Positions 28,339 through 43,500 of a stretch of 64,000 bases of DNA are shown piece by piece. The first letter of the stretch is position 1, and every line of letters begins with the position of its first letter. Source of the stretch: the human T2T-CHM13v2.0 reference genome, Homo sapiens; assembly GCF_009914755.1 (NCBI RefSeq), contig NC_060940.1; one strand, 5' to 3'. A program made the position numbers and the translations under genes. The notes beneath the pieces are model-generated. The model made no database searches, was not told the origin of the DNA, and worked only from the letters and a program-made list of their open reading frames with translations.

Positions 28339-31300
28339 GGATGAGTCCATTCGATTACATTCGATGATTATTCCATTCGAGTGCATTAGATGATTCCATT
28401 CGAGTCCATTCGATGATTCCATTCGATTCCATTCGATGTTGATTCTGTTCAAATCCATTCGATGATTCCACTCGATTCCATTCGATGACTCCAGTTGATC
28501 CCATTCGATGATTTCCTTTGATTCCCTTTGATGATCATTCCATTTGATTCAATTCGGTGATTTCATTTGATTCCATTCAGTGATGTTTCCATTCGACTCC
28601 ATTCGATGATGATTCCATTCGACTCCATTCGATTATGATTTCATTCAATTCCATTCGATAATGATTCCCTTCGAGTCCATTCGATGATTCCATTCGATTC
28701 CATTCAACGATGATTTGATTCGTGTCCATTCGATGATTCCATTTGATTCCACTTGATGATGATTCCATTCGAGTCCATTTGATGATTCCATTCAATTCCA
28801 TTCTCCGATGATTTCTTTTGAGCCCATTCAATGCTTCCACTCGATTCCATATGATGATGACTCCATTCGATGAAATTCGATGATGATTCCATTCGCTTGC
28901 ATTCGATGATGATTCCACTTGAGTCCATTAGAAGATTCTATTCAATTACATTCCATGACGATTCCGTTCGAGTCCATTTGATGATTCCATTAGACTCCAT
29001 TCGACGATGATTCCATTCGATGTTATTCGATGATTCCATTCGATCTCATTCGATGATGATTCCATTCAACTCCATTCGATGTTTCCATTCGAGTTCATTC
29101 TATTATTCCATTAGATTCCATTCGATGATGATTCCATTCGATTCCATTTGATGATTGCATTCTATTTCATTTGATGATGATTCCATTCGAGTCCACTCGA
29201 TGATTCCATTCGAGTCCATTTAATGAATCCATTGGTTTCAATTCTATGATGATTACATTGGATTCCATTCGTTGATGATTTCATTCGGTTCCATTCAATG
29301 ATGATTCAATTCAATTCCTTTCAATGTTTCCATTCAATTCCATACGATGATGATTCCATTTGATTTGATTCGACAGTGAGCCATTCGATTCAATTCCATG
29401 ATGATTCTATTTGATTCCATTGGTTGACATTTCCATTCGATTCCATTCGATGATGATTCCCTTTGATTCCATTCAAAGATGATTCCATTCTAGCCCATTC
29501 AATCATTCCATTCGAATCTATTCAATGATGATTCCATTCATGTCGATTTCGTGATTCCATTTGACTTCATTTGATGATGATTCCTTTCAAGTTCATTAGA
29601 TGATTCCATTCGATTCCATTTGATGATGATCCCATTCGAGTCCATTCAGTGATTCCACTCGTTTCCATTCCATGATGATTCCATTCCATTCCATGCAATG
29701 ATTCCATTCGATTCCGTTTGATGATGATTTCATTCGAGTCCATTTGATGATTCCATTTGATTCCATTCGATGATGATTCCATTCGAGTCCATTCGATGAT
29801 TCTATTCGAATCCATTTGATGATTTCTTTTGATTATAGTTGGTGATGATTCCATTGGAGTCCATTCAATGATTCCATTCGATTCCAATCGATGGTGATTC
29901 CATTAGAGTCCATTTAATGATTCCATTTGATTCCAGTCTCTGATGATTACATTCGAGTCCATACGATGATTCCACTCAATTCCATATCATGATGATTCCA
30001 TTTGATTCCATTCGATGATTCCATTCTATTCTATTCAATGGTGATTCCATTCGAGTACATTAGATGATTCCATTCGATTCCATTCAGTGATGATTCTATT
30101 TGTGTCCCTTAGATGATTCCACATGATTCCATTAGATGATGATACTATTTGAGCCCATCCAATGATTCCCTTCGATTCCATTCGATGAGGATTCCATTCG
30201 ATTCAATTCATTGGTGATTCTATTCAATTCAATTCTTTGATTCCATTCCATTCCATTCGACAATGATTCCATTCGATTTCTTTCGATGATTCCACTCGAT
30301 TCCACTTGACATTGATTCCCTTCGATTCCATTCAATGATTCCATTTGATTCCAGTGGATGATGATTGCCATCGATTCCATTTGATCACTCCATTCTATTC
30401 CACTTGATGATGATTACATTCGATTCCATTTGACGATTCCATCTGATTCTATTCGAGGATTCCATTTGATTCCATTCGATGATGATTCCATTCGAGTCCA
30501 TTCGATGATATCATTCGAGTACATCCAATGATTCCATTCGAGTCCATTTGATGATTCCATTTGATTCCATTTGATAATGATTCTACTAGAGTCCATTCAA
30601 TGACTCCATTGGAGTCCATTCAACAATTCCATTCGACTCCATTTGATGATTCCATTGGATTCCATTTGATGATTCCATTCGAGTCCATTTAATCATTACA
30701 GTCGAGTCCATTTGGTGATTCCACCGGATTTCTTTTGATAATGATACCATTCAATTACATTTGATGATGATCCCATTCAATTTCATTTGATGATGATTCC
30801 ATTAGAGTCCATTCGATGATTTCATTCGAGTCCCTTCATTGATTCCATCCGATTTCATTGGATGATGACTCCATTCGAGTCCATTCGATGATTCCACTCG
30901 ATTCCATTAGATGGTTCCATTGGAGTCCATTTGATTGTTCCATTCGATTCCATTCGATTCCTTTCGAAGATTATTCCATTTGAGTCCATTCGATGATGAT
31001 TCCATTCCATTCCATTCGATGATTCCGTTTGATTCCATTTGATGATTCCCTTCGATTCCTTTCTTTGATGATTCCATTCCATTCCATTCAATGATTCCAT
31101 TCGAATCTATTCCATGATGATTCCTTTCGATTCCATTCGCTGATGTTTCCGTTCAATTCCATTCGATGATGATTCCATTCGATTCCATTCATTGAGGATT
31201 CCATTTGATTCCATTCAATGATGATTCCGTTCTATTCCATTCAATGATTGCATTCAATTCCATTAAGTGATTATCCCCTTAGAGTAAACTCAACGATTCC

Positions 31301-34300
31301 ATTCAATACCATTCGATGATGATTCCTTTTGAGTCCATTCAATGATTTCATTCAAGTCCATTTGATGATTCCTTTGAATTCCATTCTATGATGATTCCAT
31401 TCGAGTCCATTCGATGATTCCATTCGATTGCATTCGATGATTCCATTATATTCCAGTCAACGATGATTCCATTCGAGTCCATTCGATGATTCCATTAGAG
31501 TACATTTAATGATTGCTTTGTTTTCAATTCGAAGATGATTACATTGGATTCCATTCTATGATACCATTCGATTCCATTCAATGATGATTCCACTCAAATC
31601 CATTGGATGATTCCATTCGTGTCCATTCGGTGATTTCATTAGATTCCATTCGAGGATGATTCCATTCGATTCCATTCGATGATTCCATTCAATTCCGTTC
31701 GAGGATGATTCCATTCCAGTCCATATGATCATTCCATTTGATTTCATTCGATGATGATTCCATTCGATTCCATTCGATGATTCCATTCTATTCCATTCGA
31801 TGATGATTCCATTCGAGTCCATTCGATGATTCCATTCGAGTCCATTTAATGATTCCATTGGGTTCAATTCAATGATGATTACATTGGATTCCGTTCTATG
31901 ATTCCATTCAATTCCGTTCATTGACAATTTGATTCCATTCGATGATGATTCCATTTGAGTTCATTCGATGATTCTATTCGATTCTCTTCGATGGTGATTC
32001 AATTCTATTATATTGGATGATTCCATTCGATTCCATTTGATGTTGATTCAATTCGATTCTATTCGATGATGATTCCATTGGATTTCACTTGATGATTCTA
32101 TTCGATTCCATTCAATGATGATTCACTTCTCGTCCATTGGATGATTCCATTTCATTCCATTCGATGATGATTCCATTCGATTCCATTCGATGATTCCATT
32201 TGATTCCATGCGTCGGTGAGCAATTCGATTCAATTCCATGATGATTCTATTTGATTCAATTAGATGATGTTTCCATTCGAATCCATTCCATGATTATTCC
32301 ATTGGAATCCATTCGGCGATGATTCCATATGAGTCAATTCAATGATGATTCCATATGGGTCCGTTCGATGATAATTCCATTTGATTTCATTCGGTGCTTC
32401 TATTCAATTCCAGTCGATGATGATTCCGTTGGAGTCCATACGATGATTCCATTTGATTTCATTTGATGATGATTCCATTCGATGATGATTACATTGGATT
32501 CCATTCTATGATTCCATTCAATTCCATTCGTTGATGATTCGATTCCATTCAATGATGATTCCATTTGAGTTCATTCGATGATTCTATTCGATTCCGTTCG
32601 ATGGTGATTCAATTCTCTTATATTGGATGAATCCACTCGATTCCATTTGATGATTATTCCATTGGAGTCCACTTAGTGAATCCTTCAGATTCTACTCGAA
32701 GATGATTCCATTCAAGTCCATTCGATGATACCATTCAATTCCATTCGTTGATGCTTCCATTCAAGTGCATTCGATGATATCATTCGATTCCATTTGATGA
32801 TAATTCCATTTGATTCCGTGCGATGATTCTATTCGATTCCATTCAATGATAATTCCATTCAGTTCAGTGATTCCTCTGGACTCCATTTGATGATGATTCC
32901 ATTCAATGATTCCATTCGATTCTATTCGAAAGTGATTCCATTTGAATCCATTTGATGATGATTCCATTAGATTCCATTTGATGATTCCATTCGATTCCAT
33001 GCGACGATGATTCCATTCGATTCCATGTGATGATTCCATTCTATTCTATTCGATGATGATTCCATTCGATTCCATTCGATGATGATTGGATTCGATTCCA
33101 TTTGATGATATCATTTGATTCCATTCGTTAATGATTTCGATCAATTCCATTCGATGATTCCATTCGATTCCATTCGATAATGATTACATCCGTGTCCATT
33201 CAGTGATTCCATTTGAGCCTGTTCGATAATTCCATTTGAGTCCAACCAATGATTCCATTCATTTCCATTCAATGATTCCATTCGAGTCCATTTGATCATT
33301 CCGGTAGGGTCCATTCGATGTTGATTCCATTGGAGTGCATTCGATGATTCCATTCGAGTCCATTTTACGATTTGATTCGAGTCCTTTCGATGATTCCATT
33401 CGATTCCACTCGATGATGATTTCATTCGAGTCCATTCGACACTTCCAATCGATTCCATTTGATGTTTCCATTCGATTCCAATTGATGATTCCATTCAATT
33501 CCATTCGATGATGATTCCGTAGGATTCCATTCTGTGATGATTCCATGTGATTGCATTCAATGATGATTCCTTTAGATTGCATTCGATTGTGATTCATTTC
33601 GTCTTCATTCTATGGTTCCACAGGTTTCCATTCGTGTCCATTCCATTATTCCATTCTATTCCATTTGATGATGATTCCATTCGATTCCATTCATTGGTGA
33701 TTCCACTCAATTCCATTCAATGATTCCATTCCATTTCTTTCAACAATGATTCCATTAGTTTCTAATCGATGATCCACTTGATTCCATTTGACGACGATTC
33801 CATTCTTGTCCATTCGATGGTTCCATTTGATTCCATATGATGATGATTCCATTCGATTCCATACGATGATGATTCCATTCGAGTCCATTCAATGGTGATT
33901 CCATTCAATTCCATTCGATGATTCCTTTCGATTCCATTCGATGATGATGGCATTCGATTCCTTTCAATCATTCCCTTTGATTCCATTCAAAGGTGATTTC
34001 ATTCAAGTCCATTCGATAATTGCATTCGATTCCATTCTATGATGATTCCATTCGAGTCCATTTGATGATTCCATTCAATTCAAGTCAATGATGATTCCAT
34101 TCGATTCCATTCGATGATTCCATTGGATTCCATTCGATGATGATTCCATTCAAATCCATTCGATAATTCAATTCAAGTCCATTCGATGATGATTAAAATC
34201 GAATCCATTCAAAGATTCCATTCAGTTCCATTCGATGATTCCCTTAGATTCCATTCGATGATTCCACTTGATTTCATTTACGATGATTCCATTCGATTCC

Positions 34301-34450
34301 ATGTGATGATTCCATTCAATTCTATTCAATGCTGTTTCCATTTGATTCCATTCGACCATGATTGCCTTTGATTCCATTCAATGACTCCATTCGGTTCCTT
34401 TTGATGATGATTCCGTTCGATTCCATTTCATTATTCCATTTGATTCCATT
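28339..34450 (+). repeat. 6.1-kb monomer (6112 bp)
   Basis: Landmarks at 28339 and 34451. ORF offset 28577->34689 is 6112. Confidence 0.95.
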
Positions 34451-37400
34451 GGATGAGTCCATTCGATTACATTCGATGATTATTACATTCGAGTGCATTA
34501 GATGATTCCATTCGAGTCCATTCGATGATTCCATTCGATTCCATTCGATGTTGATTCTGTTCAAATCCATTCGATGATTCCACTCGATTCCATTCGATGA
34601 CTCCAGTTGATCCCATTCGATGATTTCCTTTGATTCCCTTTGATGATCATTCCATTTGATTCAATTCGGTGATTTCATTTGATTCCATTCAGTGATGTTT
34701 CCATTCGACTCCATTCGATGATGATTCCATTCGACTCCATTCGATTATGATTTCATTCAATTCCATTCGATAATGATTCCCTTCGAGTCCATTCGATGAT
34801 TCCATTCGATTCCATTCAACGATGATTTGATTCGTGTCCATTCGATGATTCCATTTGATTCCACTTGATGATGATTCCATTCGAGTCCATTTGATGATTC
34901 CATTCAATTCCATTCTCCGATGATTTCTTTTGAGCCCACTCAATGCTTCCACTCGATTCCATATGATGATGACTCCATTCGATGAAATTCGATGATGATT
35001 CCATTCGCTTGCATTCGATGATGATTCCACTTGAGTCCATTAGAAGATTCTATTCAATTACATTCCATGACGATTCCGTTCGAGTCCATTTGATGATTCC
35101 ATTAGACTCCATTCGACGATGATTCCATTCGATGTTATTCGATGATTCCATTCGATCTCATTCGATGATGATTCCATTCAACTCCATTCGATGTTTCCAT
35201 TCGAGTTCATTCTATTATTCCATTAGATTCCATTCGATGATGATTCCATTCGATTCCATTTGATGATTGCATTCTATTTCATTTGATGATGATTCCATTC
35301 GAGTCCACTCGATGATTCCATTCGAGTCCATTTAATGAATCCATTGGTTTCAATTCTATGATGATTACATTGGATTCCATTCGTTGATGATTTCATTCGG
35401 TTCCATTCAATGATGATTCCATTCAATTCCTTTCAATGTTTCCATTCAATTCCATACGATGATGATTCCATTTGATTTGATTCGACAGTGAGCCATTCGA
35501 TTCAATTCCATGATGATTCTATTTGATTCCATTGGTTGACATTTCCATTCGATTCCATTCGATGATGATTCCCTTTGATTCCATTCAAAGATGATTCCAT
35601 TCTAGCCCATTCAATCATTCCATTCGATTCTATTCAATGATGATTCCATTCATGTCGATTTGGTGATTCCATTTGACTTCATTTGATGATGATTCCTTTC
35701 AAGTTCATTAGATGATTCCATTCGATTCCATTTGGTGATGATCCCATTCGAGTCCATTCAGTGATTCCACTCGTTTCCATTCCATGATGATTCCATTCCA
35801 TTCCATGCAATGATTCCATTCGATTCCGTTTGATGATGATTTCATTCGAGTCCATTTGATGATTCCATTTGATTCCATTCGATGATGATTCCATTCGAGT
35901 CCATTCGATGATTCTATTCGAATCCATTTGATGATTTCTTTTGATTATATTTGGTGATGATTCCATTGGAGTCCATTCAATGATTCCATTCGATTCCAAT
36001 CGATGGTGATTCCATTAGAGTCCATTTAATGATTCCATTTGATTCCAGTCTCTGATGATTACATTCGAGTCCATACGATGATTCCACTCAATTCCATATG
36101 ATGATGATTCCATTCGATTCCATTCGATGATTCCATTCTATTCTATTCAATGGTGATTCCATTCGAGTACATTAGATGATTCCATTCGATTCCATTCAAT
36201 GATGATTCTATTTGTGTCCCTTAGATGATTCCACATGATTCCATTAGATGATGATACTATTTGAGCCCATCCAATGATTCCCTTCGATTCCATTCGATGA
36301 GGATTCCATTCGATTCAATTCATTGGTGATTCTATTCAATTCAATTCTTTGATTCCATTCCATTCCATTCGACAATGATTCCATTCGATTTCTTTCGATG
36401 ATTCCACTCGATTCCACTTGACATTGATTCCCTTCGATTCCATTCAATGATTCCATTTGATTCCAGTGGATGATGATTGCCATCGATTCCATTTGATCAC
36501 TCCATTCTATTCCACTTGATGATGATTACATTCGATTCCATTTGACGATTCCATCTGATTCTATTCGAGGATTCCATTTGATTCCATTCGATGATGATTC
36601 CATTCGAGTCCATTCGATGATATCATTCGAGTACATCCAATGATTCCATTCGAGTCCATTTGATGATTCCATTTGATTCCATTTGATAATGATTCTACTA
36701 GAGTCCATTCAATGACTCCATTGGAGTCCATTCAACAATTCCATTCGACTCCATTTGATGATTCCATTGGATTCCATTTGATGATTCCATTCGAGTCCAT
36801 TTAATCATTACAATCGAGTCCATTTGGTGATTCCACCGGCTTTCTTTTGATAATGATACCATTCAATTACATTTGATGATGATCCCATTCAATTTCATTT
36901 GATGATGATTCCATTAGAGTCCATTCGATGATTTCATTCGAGTCCCTTCATTGATTCCATCCGATTTCATTGGATGATGACTCCATTCGAGTCCATTCGA
37001 TGATTCCACTCGATTCCATTAGATGATTCCATTGGAGTCCATTTGATTGTTCCATTCGATTCCATTCGATTCCTTTCGAAGATTATTCCATTTGAGTCCA
37101 TTCGATGATGATTCCATTCCATTCCATTCGATGATTCCGTTTGATTCCATTCGATGATTCCCTTCCATTCCTTTCTTTGATGATTCCATTCCATTCCATT
37201 CAATGATTCCATTCGAATCTATTCCATGATGATTCCTTTCGATTCCATTCGCTGATGTTTCCGTTCAATTCCATTCGATGATGATTCCATTCGATTCCAT
37301 TCATTGAGGATTCCATTTGATTCCATTCAATGATGATTCCGTTCTATTCCATTCAATGATTGCATTCAATTCCATTCAGTGATTATCCCCTTAGAGTAAA

Positions 37401-40400
37401 CTCAACGATTCCATTCAATACCATTCGATGATGATTCCTTTTGAGTCCATTCAATGATTTCATTCAAGTCCATTTGATGATTCCTTTCAATTCCATTCTA
37501 TGATGATTCCATTCGAGTCCATTCGATGATTCCATTCGATTGCATTCGATTATTCCATTATATTCCAGTCAACGATGATTCCATTCGAGTCCATTCGATG
37601 ATTCCATTAGAGTACATTTAATGATTGCTTTGTTTTCAATTCGAAGATGATTACATTGGATTCCATTCTATGATACCATTCGATTCCATTCAATGATGAT
37701 TCCACTCAAATCCATTGGATGATTCCATTCGTGTCCATTCGGTGATTTCATTAGATTCCATTCGAGGATGATTCCATTCGATTCCATTCGATGATTCCAT
37801 TCAATTCCATTCGAGGATGATTCCATTCCAGTCCATATGATCATTCCATTTGATTTCATTCGATGATGATTCCATTCGATTCCATTCGATGATTCCATTC
37901 GATTCCATTCGATGATTCCATTCTATTCCATTCGATGATGATTCCATTCGAGTCCATTCGATGATTCCATTCGAGTCCATTTAATGATTCCATTGGGTTC
38001 AATTCAATGATGATTACATTGGATTCCGTTCTATGATTCCATTCAATTCCGTTCATTGACAATTTGATTCCATTCGATGATGATTCCATTTGAGTTCATT
38101 CGATGATTCTATTCGATTCTCTTCGATGGTGATTCAATTCTATTATATTGGATGATTCCATTCGATTCCATTTGATGTTGATTCAATTCGATTCTATTCG
38201 ATGATGATTCCATTGGATTTCACTTGATGATTCTATTCGATTCCATTCAATGATGATTCACTTCTCGTCCATTGGATGATTCCATTTCATTCCATTCGAT
38301 GATGATTCCATTCGATTCCATTCGATGATTCCATTTGATTCCATGCGTCGGTGAGCAATTCGATTCAATTCCATGATGATTCTATTTGATTCAATTAGAT
38401 GATGTTTCCATTCGAATCCATTCCATGATTATTCCATTGGAATCCATTCGGCGATGATTCCATATGAGTCAATTCAATGATGATTCCATATGGGTCCGTT
38501 CGATGATAATTCCATTTGATTTCATTCGGTGCTTCTATTCAATTCCAGTCGATGATGATTCCGTTGGAGTCCATACGATGATTCCATTTGATTTCATTTG
38601 ATGATGATTCCATTCGATGATGATTACATTGGATTCCATTCTATGATTCCATTCAATTCCATTCGTTGATGATTCGATTCCATTCAATGATGATTCCATT
38701 TGAGTTCATTCGATGATTCTATTCGATTCCGTTCGATGGTGATTCAATTCTCTTATATTGGATGAATCCACTCGATTCCATTTGATGATTATTCCATTGG
38801 AGTCCACTTAGTGAATCCTTCAGATTCTACTCGAAGATGATTCCATTCAAGTCCATTCGATGATACCATTCAATTCCATTCGTTGATGCTTCCATTCAAG
38901 TGCATTCGATGATATCATTCGATTCCATTTGATGATAATTCCATTTGATTCCGTGCGATGATTCTATTCGATTCCATTCAATGATAATTCCATTCAGTTC
39001 AGTGATTCCTCTGGACTCCATTTGATGATGATTCCATTCAATGATTCCATTCGATTCTATTCGAAAGTGATTCCATTTGAATCCATTTGATGATGATTCC
39101 ATTAGATTCCATTTGATGATTCCATTCGATTCCATGCGACGATGATTCCATTCGATTCCATGTGATGATTCCATTCTATTCTATTCGATGATGATTCCAT
39201 TCGATTCCATTCGATGATGATTGGATTCGATTCCATTTGATGATATCATTTGATTCCATTCGTTAATGATTTCGATCAATTCCATTCGATGATTCCATTC
39301 GATTCCATTCGATAATGATTACATCCGTGTCCATTCAGTGATTCCATTTGAGCCTGTTCGATAATTCCATTTGAGTCCAACCAATGATTCCATTCATTTC
39401 CATTCAATGATTCCATTCGAGTCCATTTGATCATTCCGGTAGGGTCCATTCGATGTTGATTCCATTGGAGTGCATTCGATGATTCCATTCGAGTCCATTT
39501 TACGATTTGATTCGAGTCCTTTCGATGATTCCATTCGATTCCACTCGATGATGATTTCATTCGAGTCCATTCGACACTTCCAATCGATTCCATTTGATGT
39601 TTCCATTCGATTCCAATTGATGATTCCATTCAATTCCATTCGATGATGATTCCGTAGGATTCCATTCTGTGATGATTCCATGTGATTGCATTCAATGATG
39701 ATTCCTTTAGATTGCATTCGATTGTGATTCATTTCGTCTTCATTCTATGGTTCCACAGGTTTCCATTCGTGTCCATTCCATTATTCCATTCTATTCCATT
39801 TGATGATGATTCCATTCGATTCCATTCATTGGTGATTCCACTCAATTCCATTCAATGATTCCATTCCATTTCTTTCAACAATGATTCCATTAGTTTCTAA
39901 TCGATGATCCACTTGATTCCATTTGACGACGATTCCATTCTTGTCCATTCGATGGTTCCATTTGATTCCATATGATGATGATTCCATTCGATTCCATACG
40001 ATGATGATTCCATTCGAGTCCATTCAATGGTGATTCCATTCAATTCCATTCGATGATTCCTTTCGATTCCATTCGATGATGATGGCATTCGATTCCTTTC
40101 AATCATTCCCTTTGATTCCATTCAAAGGTGATTTCATTCAAGTCCATTCGATAATTGCATTCGATTCCATTCTATGATGATTCCATTCGAGTCCATTTGA
40201 TGATTCCATTCAATTCAAGTCAATGATGATTCCATTCGATTCCATTCGATGATTCCATTGGATTCCATTCGATGATGATTCCATTCAAATCCATTCGATA
40301 ATTCAATTCAAGTCCATTCGATGATGATTAAAATCGAATCCATTCAAAGATTCCATTCAGTTCCATTCGATGATTCCCTTAGATTCCATTCGATGATTCC

Positions 40401-40585
40401 ACTTGATTTCATTTACGATGATTCCATTCGATTCCATGTGATGATTCCATTCAATTCTATTCAATGCTGTTTCCATTTGATTCCATTCGACCATGATTGC
40501 CTTTGATTCCATTCAATGACTCCATTCGGTTCCTTTTGATGATGATTCCGTTCGATTCCATTTCATTATTCCATTTGATTCCATT
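34451..40585 (+). repeat. 6.1-kb monomer (6135 bp; one extra 23-bp subunit near 37880)
   Basis: Landmarks at 34451 and 40586. An extra GATGATTCCATTCGATTCCATTC at ~37865-37915 splits the 132-aa ORF. Confidence 0.94.
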
Positions 40586-43500
40586 GGATGAGTCCATTCG
40601 ATTACATTCGATGATTATTCCATTCGAGTGCATTAGATGATTCCATTCGAGTCCATTCGATGATTCCATTCGATTCCATTCGATGTTGATTCTGTTCAAA
40701 TCCATTCGATGATTCCACTCGATTCCATTCGATGACTCCAGTTGATCCCATTCGATGATTTCCTTTGATTCCCTTTGATGATCATTCCATTTGATTCAAT
40801 TCGGTGATTTCATTTGATTCCATTCAGTGATGTTTCCATTCGACTCCATTCGATGATGATTCCATTCGACTCCATTCGATTATGATTTCATTCAATTCCA
40901 TTCGATAATGATTCCCTTCGAGTCCATTCGATGATTCCATTCGATTCCATTCAACGATGATTTGATTCGTGTCCATTCGATGATTCCATTTGATTCCACT
41001 TGATGATGATTCCATTCGAGTCCATTTGATGATTCCATTCAATTCCATTCTCCGATGATTTCTTTTGAGCCCACTCAATGCTTCCACTCGATTCCATATG
41101 ATGATGACTCCATTCGATGAAATTCGATGATGATTCCATTCGCTTGCATTCGATGATGATTCCACTTGAGTCCATTAGAAGATTCTATTCAATTACATTC
41201 CATGACGATTCCGTTCGAGTCCATTTGATGATTCCATTAGACTCCATTCGACGATGATTCCATTCGATGTTATTCGATGATTCCATTCGATCTCATTCGA
41301 TGATGATTCCATTCAACTCCATTCGATGTTTCCATTCGAGTTCATTCTATTATTCCATTAGATTCCATTCGATGATGATTCCATTCGATTCCATTTGATG
41401 ATTGCATTCTATTTCATTTGATGATGATTCCATTCGAGTCCACTCGATGATTCCATTCGAGTCCATTTAATGAATCCATTGGTTTCAATTCTATGATGAT
41501 TACATTGGATTCCATTCGTTGATGATTTCATTCGGTTCCATTCAATGATGATTCCATTCAATTCCTTTCAATGTTTCCATTCAATTCCATACGATGATGA
41601 TTCCATTTGATTTGATTCGACAGTGAGCCATTCGATTCAATTCCATGATGATTCTATTTGATTCCATTGGTTGACATTTCCATTCGATTCCATTCGATGA
41701 TGATTCCCTTTGATTCCATTCAAAGATGATTCCATTCTAGCCCATTCAATCATTCCATTCGATTCTATTCAATGATGATTCCATTCATGTCGATTAGGTG
41801 ATTCCATTTGACTTCATTTGATGATGATTCCTTTCAAGTTCATTAGATGATTCCATTCGATTCCATTTGATGATGATCCCATTCGAGTCCATTCAGTGAT
41901 TCCACTCGTTTCCATTCCATGATGATTCCATTCCATTCCATTCAATGATTCCATTCGATTCCGTTTGATGATGATTTCATTCGAGTCCATTTGATGATTC
42001 CATTTGATTCCATTCGATGATGATTCCATTCGAGTCCATTCGATGATTCTATTCGAATCCATTTGATGATTTTTTTGATTATATTTGGTGATGATTCCAT
42101 TGGAGTCCATTCAATGATTCCATTCGATTCCAATCGATGGTGATTCCATTAGAGTCCATTTAATGATTCCATTTGATTCCAGTCTCTGATGATTACATTC
42201 GAGTCCATACGATGATTCCACTCAATTCCATATCATGATGATTCCATTCGATTCCATTCGATGATTCCATTCTATTCTATTCAATGGTGATTCCATTCGA
42301 GTACATTAGATGATTCCATTCGATTCCATTCAATGATGATTCTATTTGTGTCCCTTAGATGATTCCACATGATTCCATTAGATGATGATACTATTTGAGC
42401 CCATCCAATGATTCCCTTCGATTCCATTCGATGAGGATTCCATTCGATTCAATTCATTGGTGATTCTATTCAATTCAATTCTTTGATTCCATTCCATTCC
42501 ATTCGACAATGATTCCATTCGATTTCTTTCGATGATTCCACTCGATTCCACTTGACATTGATTCCCTTCGATTCCATTCAATGATTCCATTTGATTCCAG
42601 TGGATGATGATTGCCATCGATTCCATTTGATCACTCCATTCTATTCCACTTGATGATGATTACATTCGATTCCATTTGACGATTCCATCTGATTCTATTC
42701 GAGGATTCCATTTGATTCCATTCGATGATGATTCCATTCGAGTCCATTCGATGATATCATTCGAGTACATCCAATGATTCCATTCGAGTCCATTTGATGA
42801 TTCCATTTGATTCCATTTGATAATGATTCTACTAGAGTCCATTCAATGACTCCATTGGAGTCCATTCAACAATTCCATTCGACTCCATTTGATGATTCCA
42901 TTGGATTCCATTTGATGATTCCATTCGAGTCCATTTAATCATTACAATCGAGTCCATTTGGTGATTCCACCGGCTTTCTTTTGATAATGATATCATTCAA
43001 TTACATTTAATGATGATCCCATTCAATTTCATTTGATGATGATTCCATTAGAGTCCATTCGATGATTTCATTCGAGTCCCTTCATTGATTCCATCCGATT
43101 TCATTGGATGATGACTCCATTCGAGTCCATTCGATGATTCCACTCGATTCCATTAGATGATTCCATTGGAGTCCATTTGATTGTTCCATTCGATTCCATT
43201 CGATTCCTTTCGAAGATTATTCCATTTGAGTCCATTCGATGATGATTCCATTCCATTCCATTCGATGATTCCGTTTGATTCCATTCGATGATTCCCTTCC
43301 ATTCCTTTCTTTGATGATTCCATTCCATTCCATTCAATGATTCCATTCGAATCTATTCCATGATGATTCCTTTCGATTCCATTCGCTGATGTTTCCGTTC
43401 AATTCCATTCGATGATGATTCCATTCGATTCCATTCATTGAGGATTCCATTTGATTCCATTCAATGATGATTCCGTTCTATTCCATTCAATGATTGCATT

